A stretch of 64,000 bases of DNA from Mytilus edulis (taxonomy: Eukaryota): contig NC_092344.1 in assembly GCF_963676685.1 (NCBI RefSeq), positions 121,272,001 to 121,336,000 of the forward strand, written 5' to 3'. This document shows positions 34,038 through 46,888 of the stretch, one piece after another; position 1 is the first letter of the stretch; each line of letters starts with the position of its first letter. A program made the position numbers and the translations under genes. The notes beneath the pieces are model-generated. The model saw nothing but the letters and a program-made list of their open reading frames with translations. It was not told the origin of the DNA and did no database searches.

Positions 34038-37000
34038 ATGACATCATTTTCTTGGAAGAAGAAAACAGGCAGTAGTGTAAAGCGATCTGTATCAACAGCA
34101 TTTGAGGAAGACACTAAAGATGACAATGAACAGTTAGAAGGTGTTGATTGGCTGACACTTGTTCCTCACAGAAAAATTGTTTGTCTTGAAGATGCGTTAT
34201 CTAAAAGTGCCAGACTTAAAAATGAAGGGTCATTACTGGCTGAATCTGAAAGGTAAAATTGCAAGATTTAGTCTGAGATAGGTCGGGCATCCCACAGCTT
34301 TTGTTTGGTAAATATTGCATAAATTGCAGTCAATAATAGATGAAGCTACTAAGCCTTTTAGTTCAATGGCTTGATAGTTATATCTTCCAAGCCTCATCTT
34401 GAGAGTTCAAATAACGTAAAGCATTGTGGTAAACACTTTTGAGATTATATTCATGCCCATGTCAAGCTATTGATTTATAACAATATAAACAACTATTAAT
34501 GTTACAAAAGGATGTGTATTTGTTTAACCATACTTGTCAAGATCTTTTTTTTTTTTTTATAAAAAATTACATACAAGATGAGTATGGTGGTTATATCTAT
34601 CTGATCAAAAAAAGTTTGAGTGCAAATACAACTATCAAATGATGTGGATGTTAGCAATTATAGGCAACTGTACAGACTTCAACAATTAGACAGACCAATA
34701 TTTTACAGTCAGCTATAAAAGGCCTGATATATGCATGATATGTGCAACAATTCAAACTAAAAAAATAACATCCTGATTTATAACAGAACATTTTACAAAA
34801 TAACAGATACAATGTATAACAGATATGAACGAACAACAACAACTGAACTACTGTCTCCAGACTTGGGACAGGCACATAAAAAATATGACAAGGCTGAACA
34901 TGTGTGTAAGCACTCAACAGCCCCAAATTTGGAACAGTGGTGTAACTGCACAACATAAGAACAAACTAAAAATCAGTTGCAGTTGGCTTTATTGATATAC
35001 AAAGATGGAGATATGGTATGATTGCCAATGAGGCAACTATCCATGTGACTAAAGTTCAAATGAAGTAAGTTGATTTCAAAAAGAAAACAATGCTTAACTT
35101 TCAGCAATGTTTGGTGTTCAAAACAACTTTGATTTAGGCATTGCTTGGGCTTTTAGATATCAGAATAGTCCTAAAATATACTAGAAAATGATAAAAAAAA
35201 CATTAGTGGCTGAATTTGAAAGGGGTTTTAGAAAGAAAACCAAGACTATAGAACAGAGATAAAGATGAATTAGTTGCTAAATTTTGACAGATTTTATTGG
35301 ATGAATTGTAAGACATAATAGTGTCCTGGGAAATAGTGTCCATATGGACACTTTTTCCTAGAATTTAGGTATTCAATAATGTCCATTGCCATGGAATATT
35401 GTCCTCTAAGTGGACACATTGTCATAGCAATATCTATGAAATAGTGTCCACTCGACTACAAAATGTTATGAAATAGTTGCTATAAGAATCATGTATGTTT
35501 ATTTCCATAAATATTTTAGAATAAAAAGAAAGAAGGGATTTCATTTATATTTTTACTGAGTTTTGTTTTTTGTTTTTTACTATTTAATTTGTAAAGAGAC
35601 AATAAAACAACTTGAGAACAAAAAGAAAATAAAGGTGGCATGTTTGGCCTTTTTCTATAACTGATACAATAATGATTTTTTGTGATTTTTAAACTAACTT
35701 GTACACTTATAGGTACTGGGAAGCTATTAAGAAATGGGACGAGGCCATACAGTTTACACCTGAAGATGAAACAATCTATGAAATGAAAGCTCAGGTATGT
35801 TATTTTAATGTTAATTCTATATATGTGTAAAAACAATTATTTTCTAATCATGAATTAAATTGAACAGCTAACATCTCTGTTCTTTGGTCTCTAGTTGATA
35901 GTTATATTATTGGAAATCATACCACATCATCTTATTTTTATACAGATTAAAGTATAGTACATGATTTATATAGATTCCCCAAAGGTTGTAAATAATATGT
36001 GATATTACTTCTATCAGGAGTTAAGGTATATTGTTTCTCAATAGCAGAAAGATTGAGTTGGTTATTTTTCTCCAGTATGTTTTAAAAAACCCATATTTAG
36101 ATAGGACTAGGTTGTTAACATTGATGTGATGTCATAATGAATTAGCTTCCAATCACAGCATATAATGATACTGTTTTATTGTGTCTCACAGAACTATTTA
36201 ATACCACTAGGCTATAACTGTATAGAGGATTTAGAGGTAAAAAGAGTAGGATCAATGCTTTAAGACAAATGAGATGTTATAAAGTCTCACATAACTAATT
36301 AATACCACTAGGCTATAACTGTATAGGGGATTTAGAGATAAAAAGAGTAGGAACAATGCTTTAAGACAAATGAGATGTTATAAAGTCTCACATAACTAAT
36401 TAATACCACTAGGCTATAACTGTATAGGGGATTTAGAGATAAAAAGAGTAGGAACAATGCTTTAAGACAAATGAGATGTTATAAAGTCTCACATAACTAA
36501 TTAATACCACCAGGCTATTACTGTATAGGGGATTTAGAGATAAAAAGAGTAGGAACAATGCTTTAAGACAAATGAGATGTTATAAAGTCTCACAGAACTA
36601 ATTAATACCACCAGGCTATTACTGTATAGGGGATTTAGAGATAAAAAGAGTAGGAACAATGCTTTAAGACAAATGAGATGTTATAAAGTCTCACAGAACT
36701 AATTAATACCACCAGGCTATTACTGTATAGGGGATTTAGAGATAAAAAGAGTAGGATCAATGCTTTAAGACAAATGAGATGTTATAAAGTCTCACAGAAC
36801 TAAATAATACCACCAGGCTATTACTGTATAGGGGATTTAGAGATAAAAAGAGTAGGAACAATGCTTTAAGACAAATGAGATGTTATAAAGTCTCACAGAA
36901 CTAATTAATACCACCAGGCTATTACTGTATAGGGGATTTAGAGATAAAAAGAGTAGAAACAATGCTTTAAGACAAATGAGATGTTATAAAGTCTCACATA

Positions 37001-40000
37001 ACTAATTAATACCACCAGGCTATTACTGTATAGGGGATTTAGAGATAAAAAGAGTAGGATCTATGCTTTAAGACAAATGAGATGTTATAAAATGAAGGGA
37101 ATGTGAAAAACATTTGTTGCAGGATAAAATAATTTGTATCTAATAGGAAATATTGATACATTTCTGATGAAGCCTTTTACAGTACTATAATCTGAACTCA
37201 GTCACATACATTCTAAAGTAACAGTAAACACATTTCTTTATTTCTATTGCTCTTTCATTTACAGTAGATTGGATTGCAAGACCATGAATCCATTTTGTTA
37301 TTTACAATAAGGTCTTAATTTCCTTGCAGCTTATATATCCTGTTGATTATGACTCGTTTGAAATACTTCTGAGAAATATTCAAAATGCAACAACAGGCGC
37401 ACTACATAGAATATCAATTGTAACTTCACTTTCTGATTGGTAAATGATTGTATGGCCTGCAGTTTCATACATTGAATACATTTATGTTTAAAACTATTTA
37501 TTAATTGAAGTTGGTTTTCTATACAAAAAGAAAAGTAGTAAACTTAGTTGAAGTTGTAACCAGCTTAGATGCTAATATTAACCCTTAATCAAATTTAATA
37601 GTCCTAGATTGTTTTGACGTCTAGGTCCCACAGCATCACCTACTCCCTAAAGATGCTATCAATGTTCAGAGTAAACTCAGACTAATGTATAACTGTCTTT
37701 TCACAGGTTTTATTAGCATTATGTGAAGTTTTTCCTGCCCTAGCTATGGCTGAAAAGGTTGTGAAATTAAAACCAACATGGTGGACTGGTTATCAGACAT
37801 TAGGGCGTGCCCAGCTCGGTCTTGGGGAAGTCAGACAGGTATAATACAATGCTTTGTTTTTAAGGTCAGACATTAGGGCGTGCCCAGCTAGGCCTGGGTG
37901 AAGTCAGACAGGTATAATACAATACTTTGTTTTTAAAGTCAGACATTAGGGCATGCCCAGCTAGGCCTGGTGAAGTCAGACAGGTATAATACAATACTTT
38001 GTTTTTAAAGTCAGACATTAGGGCGTGCCCAGCTCGGTCTTGGGGAAGTCAGACAGGTATAATACAATACTTTGTTTTTAAAGTCAGACATCAGAGCGTG
38101 CCCAGCTAGGCCTGGTGAAGTCAGACAGGTATCATACAATGCTTTGTTTTTAAAGTCAGAAATTAGGGTGTGCCCAGCTAGATCTGGGGGAAGTCAGACT
38201 GGTATAATACAATGCTTTGTTTTTAAAGTCAGACATCAGGGTGTGCCCAGCTAGGCCTGGGGGAAGTCAGACAGGTATAATACAATACTTTGTTTCTGAA
38301 GTCAGACATTAGGGCGTGCCCAGCTAGGCCTGGGGAAGTCAGACAGGTATAATACAATACTTTGTTTTTAAAGTCAGACATTAGGGCATGCCCAGCTTGG
38401 TCTTGGGGAAGTCAGACAGGTATAATACAATACTTTGTTTTTAAAGTCAGACATCAGAGCGTGCCCAGCTAGGCCTGGTGAAGTCAGACAGGTATCATAC
38501 AATGCTTTGTTTTTAAAGTCAGAAATTAGGGTGTGCCCAGCTAGGTCTCGGGGAAGTCAGACTGGTATAATACAATACTTTGTTTTTAAAGTCAGACATT
38601 AGGGCGTGCCCAGCTTGGTCTGGGTGAAGTCAGAAAGGTATAATACAATACTTTGTTTTTAAAGTCAGACATTAGGGCGTGCCCAGCTAGGTCTGGGTGA
38701 AGTCAGACAGGTATAATACAATACTTTGTTTCTGAAGTCAGACATTAGGGCGTGCCCAGCTAGGCCTGGGGAAGTCAGACAGGTATAATACAATGCTTTG
38801 TTTTTAAAGTCAGACATTAGGGCATGCCCAGCTTGGTATGGGTGAAGTCAGACAAGTGTAATACAATACTTTGTTTTTAAAGTCAGACATTAGGGCATGC
38901 CCAGCTTGTTCTGGGTGAAGTCAGACAAGTGTAATACAATACTTTGTTTTTAAAGTCAGACATTAGGGCGTGCCCAGCTAGGTCTGGGTGAAGTCAGACA
39001 GGTATAATACAATACTTTGTTTTTAAAGTCAGACATTAGGGTGGCCCAGCTAGGTCTGGGTGAAGTCAGACAGGTATAACACAATACTTTGTTTTGTTGT
39101 AAAAAAATAATAAGATTGTGATATTCTGTTGACAATGATTATAATTAATTTGTCAAACAAATAGAAATTACAGAAACACATTTATTGGTGTTTTATTTAC
39201 ATACATAGAAACCAACTGCTTACATATTGAAAGTTTAGTCTGTATCTCAGATTCTCTAAGCATTTGGTTTATAGGTAAGCTAATCATAGATAACATGAAA
39301 AAAATTTGTATGCCAGACACATGTTTCCTCTAAAAGACTGATCAGTGATGCTCAAATCAAAGGATTTCAAGGTGTACATGTTTATCAGGTATGTTTCATT
39401 TGATCTTGACACCATTTATATACTAGATCACTGAATCAGGCTCACACATGTTTTTGGTTTATATATTTACATATTTCTTTCAGAAAATTTAAGCTGTAGT
39501 TTTAACTAACTAACTTATCCTCTTCATGCTGACTGGCATATAAGGCTGGTAACAGGTCTCTCCACTGTTGTCTGTCCTTTGCAATCTTCTCCATTGTCCT
39601 TCGTCATGTTTCTTTTGGTCTTCCTGTGTTTCTTTTACCTTCGAATGGTGTCCATTTCAGAGTTTTTTAGGTGATGTTATCCTGGTCTTTTCTTTAGGTT
39701 TGTCCTATTGATCTGAATCTCCGTTTTATGGTTGTCATTAGATCTTTTTGTCCTATTCTTTTGTACAGTTCTTTTTTTGATATCTGCTGGCCAATATATC
39801 TTGCATATTTTCCTAAAACATTTGGTGTGGAATCCAGAGAGTCTTTGGCTGTCTTTCTGTGTTATTCTCCAGCATTCTGCACCATACAATAAGGTAGAAA
39901 GAACATTATTCTGGTAGATCTTTATTTTTGTTTTTTTTCAGTTATGTTGCCTGTTCGTCATATTTTGTTTAGTTGGTGAAAAGATGCCCTGGCCTTTTGG

Positions 40001-41809
40001 AGTCTGTTTGAGATGTCTTTTTCTGTTGCATTGTTTTTGCTGAGAATACTGCCCAAATAGTTAAAGTTGTCTACTTCCTCTAGTAGTTCACCACTGGTTT
40101 ATCGCATTGAAGGTAGGTGTAAGTTGCATTGTTTTTGTTTTCTTCTTGCTGATGTTCAATCCAGTTTGGTGTGTTTGCCTAGATCTAGGGTTTTCTTTTG
40201 TAGATGGTCAGCATTGCTTGAAAGTAGAGCTATATCATCTGCAAATTCAAGATCTTCCAGCATTGATCATGTTGATGTAAAGTAAGTTCCACCTAATTCC
40301 ACAAATTGTATTTCATATTGCTTGCCTCATTACCCAATCACTAATGACAAGGAAAAGCAGTTCAACCACAATTTATTTATGGAATGATAAGGTATAAGTT
40401 TAATTTGGCAGGTTTCATGAACTTTCATCTGAATTTTTAACCCTTTTTCATTGTTCATTGGTCAAGGTTAATTGTTCATTGCTTAGTCAGTTTATACGAT
40501 TCTTTAAACAATACATTTGGTTTTTGAGGGGAATGTAGGGTGTACAGTTTATCTGGCAGGATACATTATTTTGTTTTTCATATACTTCAATTTGTTTATG
40601 GACTCATCACAAGATGTGTGTGTTCATCTGGCAGGATTGATAGAAACATTCTGTCATTGCATAACAAAAATATTGCCACTTAGTAGGAAATAATATGTCA
40701 CTCGTGTAAGCCTGAAAGGAAGTAGGAAAAACCAGTTGTAAATAATTTTAATTGTATATTATTGCGAATGTTTTAAATGTAATTTGTAAATAGCCAAGAG
40801 AGAACTTTCTGTGTTGCCCGACACTGCGTAAAGTTTTTACACGGAACAAATAACATTCAGCATTGAATCTGGTTCCTGACCTGGAAGAAGATACATTGAA
40901 TCTGGTTCCTGACCTGGAAGAAGATACATTGAATCTGGTTCCTGACCTGGAAGAAGATACATTGAATCTGGTTCCTGACCTGGAAGAAGATACATTGAAT
41001 CTGGTTCCTGACCTGGAAGAAGATACATTGAATCTGATTCCTGACCTGGAAGAAGATACATTGAATCTGGTTCCTGACCTGGAAGAAGATCATTGAATCT
41101 GGTTCCTGACCTGGAAGAAGATCATTGAATCTGGTACCTGACCTGGAAGAAGATACATTGAATCTGGTTCCTGACCTGGAAGAAGATACATTGAATCTGG
41201 TTCCTGACCTGGAAGAAGATACATTGAATCTGGTTCCTGACATGGAAGAAGATACATTCACCAGAGAGACAGAGCAATACACACACATTACAATGTTAAA
41301 AACAGAAGGCATTTATATTTACAATCTCCCAATATTTTTAATTAAGAGACTGGTACCCCGCTACTTGAGGTATATTATACCCATTGAATCTTTTTAAGAA
41401 AAGCTGGATCCATAAGAATAATAGAAGTTTCTATATTGAAGGTTAATATACAATATGTTTTATGGGAATTAATGCTATGAAATAATTATTTCAGGCAATA
41501 AAGAGTTTCTCAAGGGCAGTACATTTAAATCCAGCTGATGAAGAGTTATGGAAGGAAGACTTTTTATGGTCATTCTCATTACTAAAACAAAAAGCTGATC
41601 AACAGAAAATGTTACAACAAGAAATGGATAATTCTAAAGTGAAACTAACAGAACTGAGTGATGAAGACACTGACATAGTGACAGAAATTAGTGAGGAGAA
41701 ACAAGGAACAAGTGAGAAAAATACAAGTTTATCTACAATTGATAAACATCCACCTGAACCAGAAATAAAATATCTACCTCAGAATTATGTACATATGAGA
41801 GATAAATGA
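34038..41809 (+). CDS. TTC33: Tetratricopeptide repeat protein 33, 247 aa
   Basis: Exons 34038-34252, 35713-35794, 37707-37838, 41495-41809; phases 2,0,0. Motifs MTSFSWKKK, RYWEAIKKWDEAIQFTP, YEMKAQVL, QTLGRAQLGLGE, ELWKEDFLW match TTC33. Confidence 0.94.
36183..37091. repeat. 101-bp tandem repeat, ~9 copies, in a TTC33 intron
   Basis: AATACCAC landmarks at 36301, 36402, 36503 and onward; copies nearly identical. Confidence 0.95.
37793..39095 (+). repeat. 72-73-bp tandem repeat, 18 copies, made of the TTC33 exon end and its 5' splice site
   Basis: Units start at 37793, 37866, 37939 ... 39029; the first unit overlaps the coding exon (QTLGRAQLGLGEVRQ|GTATAA). Confidence 0.96.
39503..40350 (-). 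mobile_element. 5'-truncated, decayed RTE-clade LINE
   Basis: LEDLEFADDIALLS, FNYLGS and YGAECWRIT..KIYWP in shifted frames; short (TAGT)n 3' tail. Confidence 0.8.
40861..41258. repeat. 33-bp minisatellite, ~12 copies
   Basis: Unit CATTGAATCTGGTTCCTGACCTGGAAGAAGATA; two units are 1 nt short. Confidence 0.95.
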
Positions 41810-42429
41810 TACATATGAGATTGGTTATTTTACTTGTAAATCTTTTGATGAAAGAAATGAAGTGATATTTACCCATACTCAAGGGTTGACTGTACTTCCA
41901 TTCCACAGTAAAAACCCTTGTCAAGTGGAGTGTCAGTTTGATATAGAAATATGCAGCCCTTCCCATCAAGAATATGGATGTTATATCATTTGTCCCATTT
42001 ATGATGAATGCCAAGCTCCTTGCACCTTAAAAAGCTGTGCAACAATTACTGTATATTCAGAAATTATTTTGTACATTTATTATTGTGATTTTTGAGAAAT
42101 AAACAATAATGTAAGAAATTGAGATTGATAAATGTAATTTAAGGAAATTTTTTATTAGATATCTGAATATAATTTTTGGCTCACCCTGGCTTTTCTCATC
42201 ACTTTTTTATCCGGCTTTTATCCTTGTCTGTTAACTTTTACAAAAATCTTCTGAAACTACTAGGCCAAAGGAGTAGGTTCAGTAAGACCCCTTTTTGGTC
42301 CCAAAAAGTAGCAGTTTTACAAAATTGTTAAAATGTAAACCTTTAGTTATTTATTATACAATAGAATGCTTCTGCTACATAAATATGGGCTGTTTTTGAC
42401 AATACAATGCACATGTATCCGGTACTAGT

Positions 42430-44275
42430 CTCGTGATCGTATAATTGTAGTTTGCGTTGTGTTTTGAATAGAGAAAAAGACGTCTATACAAATGGATGAT
42501 TTAATGCTGGTAAGATGCAATGACGTTAATACATAGCAACCATGACGTTACATATAGAGAGCGGTAACGCGTATAAGTACATGTATGAATCCCGCGTAAT
42601 GTGATTGTCTCTATTTATCCTCGACATACTCGGGGCCGGGAATTTGTGCAATTAAAGTCTCAATGAGCAATTTATCTAAATTACGATATTTATCTATAAA
42701 ATGAAAAGAAATGAAATATTTGAAACTTTAAAGTCTATAAATCACATTTAAAACTATCTCTGAATCAAGTTGCGATTGAAAATTGTTCTCAATTATAATT
42801 ACAGTCTCTGATTGCGGTTTTGTAAACGAACACTCCTTCTAAGTATTTGCGATTCATCATTGTCGGTTTTTTTTAACGCGATGATGAGGTATGTAGTGTA
42901 TGCGCTGTGAGTCCTCCTTCTCTTCTATCTTTTCGATGAAACCACGTTTTTTCTGCTTTGTACAGGATGAAAATTCTTTGATGTTCTGTTTTTCCGTGTT
43001 AAGTTTGTCGTTTTCTTGTATACCAAGGGACTTCAATTTCCAAAATCTCTCAATATCGTAGTCCTCTTTTGTGTGACTAGATAATATATGCATCATGTGT
43101 GAATCGCGTTGTACTCTTGTACATGTAAGTGGTCCAGATAACAAATATCCTATTTTTGAGCTCATCGCTGTCGGTCCGTCGCCTCGAACGATATCATCCA
43201 TGATTGCATCCCAGTAATGGTCTGCTCCAATGAGTAAAGAAATATCAAAGCTGTTATCCTCTGATAACGGGTGGGCTAGTTTTAGTCCTTTCAAATAATG
43301 TAGTTGCTGCGAAATGTACCTGCGGTTATTCTGAATCGGCGCTGCTATGGTAGGTACAATCAATACCTGTAAAGGTATTTTCTCTCCTGAGTCGGCTTCT
43401 AAAAACACTGTGGCTTTATTCATGTGACGAACGTTCTTGTCCGAATTTCCGAAGTCGGATATGTTGAGGGTTTCCTTTCCGTCTGGCTTGACGTTCAACT
43501 TGTCGGCTATTTCCTGCGTCATAAATGATCGTTGTGCTCCTTCGTCGAAAAGGATGTGAGCGTCGGCGCACTGATTCTGTGACCATATTGGGGCTATTGC
43601 TGTTTTCAAAAAGACGGTCGAATTTTCCTGTTTAGCAGATGTATCCATGATTGGCGTGCTGTTTTCTGTATTACTTGTAACATTCTGACTCTGTGAATTT
43701 TGAACTGAAGTTTCATTGCATAAACTAGTGTGGTGCTTACGTTGACATTTACGGCATGTGTTTTTCGACCTACATTCTGATATTCTATGGTTACCTAAAC
43801 AATTGAAACATAGGTTTCTCTTCTTAACAATCTCCATTCTTGATTTGCTGTCGGTGAACTTTTCACAGTCTGCAGGGAAATGTTGATCATTGCAATAAGT
43901 GCACATTTTACTTTGAGAATAGTTTATAGATTTTGATTTATTTACGTAATACCCATTTTTCTTACTAATTCCGGCATGGAAACTTGCGGTAGGTATATCA
44001 TAAGATTCACTCCCATCAGTGCTAGCTTCTTGAATAGATATTTCCCGTTGTATTGCCTTTCTTAGATTTCCAAGGGTCCAGTCGTCGTTTCCGTTTTCTC
44101 TTGTGATATTACTTTTAACGCTAATAGGGAGCTTACCAAGCGTAACTGGGATTAACAGGGAACCATACATATCTTGGCACTGTCCTAAAGATTCTAGTCC
44201 ACGGATATAAACCTCTGACTTATCCGAAAAATTACGGATACTATCTAATGTGTATGAGGGTGCTGGCAAATCTAA
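42430..44275 (-). mobile_element. BEL/Pao LTR retrotransposon fragment (gag-protease, start of RT, partial 3' LTR)
   Basis: ORF 42857-44269 has three Cys/His knuckles (CTYC..HFPADC, CFNCLGNHRISEC, CRKCQRKHHTSLC), an aspartic protease motif LFDEGAQRSF, LLIGADHYW and HYIPHH. CCGGCCCCGAGTA|TGTCGAG marks a probable LTR start at 42626. Confidence 0.85.
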
Positions 44276-45343
44276 AAAAACTCAGGCCAATCAACACGGC
44301 TGACATGGCTAAAAATAGAACATAGGGGTAAAATGCATTTATGTCTATTACTTTTAGAACAGTTATAAATAGAGAAAATCTGAAAGAAACAAAAATGTTC
44401 AGAATAATGAACTCTCCTACCAATTGTCCATAGATGTCAAAACTATAAGATAAATTCTTATAGGAGCTATTGGCAATAAATGACAAATTTTACCTTTTTT
44501 TTTCATTTTTGCCTTTTATCATGAAAACTAAGATATTTAGAGAGAAAACATTTTTTTTCGGTTATGCCTTATATGATTTAAATTATAATAGTTAAATTAA
44601 CACTTTAAATCACACGAATGGTTAAGCATTCAAGATCTATTAAAAAAAAGTCAAATTTTGCCAATTTAGTTAGTGGACTGTCACTCTTCATAGGTGTGAA
44701 TGCTCTTAAATGAGTTTTTTTTTACTCTTTGTTATGACGTCTATTCTTGTCTACGATGTTGGAGAGTGTCCTTTGTTTGATATGCACATAGACTAAGGTG
44801 AGTGACATAGGTTCGTCAGAGGCTGTAGTTGTTATTGTCATATCCAGTCACCCAATCGCGTTGCATTATGAGCATTTATAAATATGTCTTATCGCCCAAC
44901 TAGATTACCCTGATGTTTTGCGTTTAAAATATCGTGCCCTTAATCCAGGTTGATTGTGATTGCAGAGCATCAATCATTCATTTGTCCTCGTACTGAAATA
45001 TTTCCTGTCAAAAAAATATTATTTTCCTTGTGAAACCAATTTGATCCGACCAAAATGATGATGTGCAGATTTTTCTAAAACAAAAGAAAAATCACTACGT
45101 GACATAAATACAGCACAAACAAACGCAAGAACATTTATAACAGAGAAAAGCACAAACAAATAATATGGTTATCCTTTTTATTATAATGGAGAGTCCTCTT
45201 GGAAGTATAAACATGCTTCATACAAAAAGCAAACGTGCTTTTAAAACCCTACAAAATTACAAAAAAAAACAGTCAGTTCTGTTAGTAACAAATTTTTACA
45301 ATTCGACAATATCCGTATTTCAAATCCAGTTGTGCAGTACTAG

Positions 45344-46888
45344 CTACTGGTTTGGTTTGTATAACGAATAAAAGCACATAAAACATTCGAAACGGTAAAA
45401 CATAACAAAAGGAAACCAGAATGTATCCGAGTTTTCTATATGTATACTACTATAGTATGCTGGATTTTCAAATTTGTAGACATATTGAACCACGATGAAA
45501 GTATCTGAAATCCAATAACCGAAATTAATAAAGCCAATTAATAGACATACATATTTCACTGAGAAATACCGTGATCTTGTACATATAATCGTGTATTTTT
45601 TCATCTGTAAAATATATACGGTTTGAAGATACAGAACAATAATCCTTAAGATACCTTTTATAATGTATAAACTTCGATATTTTGTGACAACTGGAAGTAT
45701 TTTAGTCATTAAGTACAGAGTATAGTATCCCGTCGTTATTATAAAGCTAAGAATCAACAGAACATTTCCTATGTCGTATGAAGAATTCTCAATACGCGGC
45801 CTACACTGATGTAGTACTGCATGAAAACACACAACAAGAGCAAGTAGTAACACAGTATGTTCGAGTATGGTAGTTATTGAGGACATCCAGAAAAAATCAG
45901 CTCCCATTACCCCGAATAATCTGAGTACTTCAATAACTAGTCTAGGTAAAGATATAAGGCCACTTATTAGTATAATACAATATGTTAACACTAACTTTCG
46001 TGCAATTAGTCTACGCGTGACCCTTGTTTGGATTTGTAACAATGCTGTCATTTCCGACGTTTCATAAGTAGCATTGTTGTCCTCATTTATGTTACATCGC
46101 CTATTCGATGTCCTTGGCCATATTCCAGACAAAAATATCAAGCATAGTAGCGGGTACTCAGCGAGCATGGGTTCTGTAAAAGGACTAACGTTATGTAACA
46201 GTTGACGTATTGAAAAAGATGTGTTGCTTTCTGTACATCGATACGTTGTGTTTTGAGAAGTGTCCGAAACATTTTGTCTGCTTGTAGCATGGTACGTCCA
46301 CGACGAAATATTTGTGACAACAATAATGATCAAACCATAAAAGGTAAACAAAGAATTGACGAATTGGTATTTTGAAAAATGATAGATAAAACATGTTTGT
46401 ACCACATAAAACGAAAGACACGAAATATCATATAATACTGCTCCTTCTATACTGTCGTTGAAACGGACAAACACTTTACATTCAACATGGAAAGCTATCT
46501 TGAGGATACGAAACACTACGCATCCAAGACAAAACAAACATAAGAATTTTAATTTAAGGGATTTGCTTTTATCGTGATACTCAGGATCTAAAATATATCT
46601 CTTTCGTATTTGTTCTCGTATCCCAACTGAGATACAGGACAAAATTCCAATGCAGTTCAAAACAATCAGAAATGGTCGGGATATCTCAGGTGCTGTGCTG
46701 CTGTTTTGCTCAAACGTGTTGCAAATGTACATTACTTCAGCCAGCATGACTACTAAACTCGTTAGCATTATTAATCCTGAAATACTTCCATCATGGGATA
46801 TGTAATTCTGGTGTATTATGTTTTTACAGTTTCCAGCTGTCATGGGAAGAATGAATATGGCTTTACACCAGTCTTTAGCTTTGTTCAT
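45344..46888 (-). CDS. Otopetrin-like (OtopLc-type) 12-TM proton-channel family protein, 514 aa, single coding exon
   Basis: Motifs FCLG, VQTCFI, TNISSW, PFTEPMLAEYPLL..IW, LQTVYI, NFGYWISDTF, PFVMFYRFE. Splice acceptor ~20 nt upstream of the ATG. Confidence 0.85.
   Translation of the reverse strand: MNKAKDWCKAIFILPMTAGNCKNIIHQNYISHDGSISGLIMLTSLVVMLAEVMYICNTFEQNSSTAPEISRPFLIVLNCIGILSCISVGIREQIRKRYILDPEYHDKSKSLKLKFLCLFCLGCVVFRILKIAFHVECKVFVRFNDSIEGAVLYDISCLSFYVVQTCFIYHFSKYQFVNSLFTFYGLIIIVVTNISSWTYHATSRQNVSDTSQNTTYRCTESNTSFSIRQLLHNVSPFTEPMLAEYPLLCLIFLSGIWPRTSNRRCNINEDNNATYETSEMTALLQIQTRVTRRLIARKLVLTYCIILISGLISLPRLVIEVLRLFGVMGADFFWMSSITTILEHTVLLLALVVCFHAVLHQCRPRIENSSYDIGNVLLILSFIITTGYYTLYLMTKILPVVTKYRSLYIIKGILRIIVLYLQTVYILQMKKYTIICTRSRYFSVKYVCLLIGFINFGYWISDTFIVVQYVYKFENPAYYSSIHIENSDTFWFPFVMFYRFECFMCFYSLYKPNQ

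Noticed and set aside
36183-39095. CRISPR-like arrays
   Set aside because: No unique spacers and no cas genes; eukaryotic tandem repeats.
40837-41397. Repeat-protein ORFs (LNLVPDLEEDT)n
   Set aside because: By-product of a 33-bp unit inside an intron; frame broken by 1-nt deletions.
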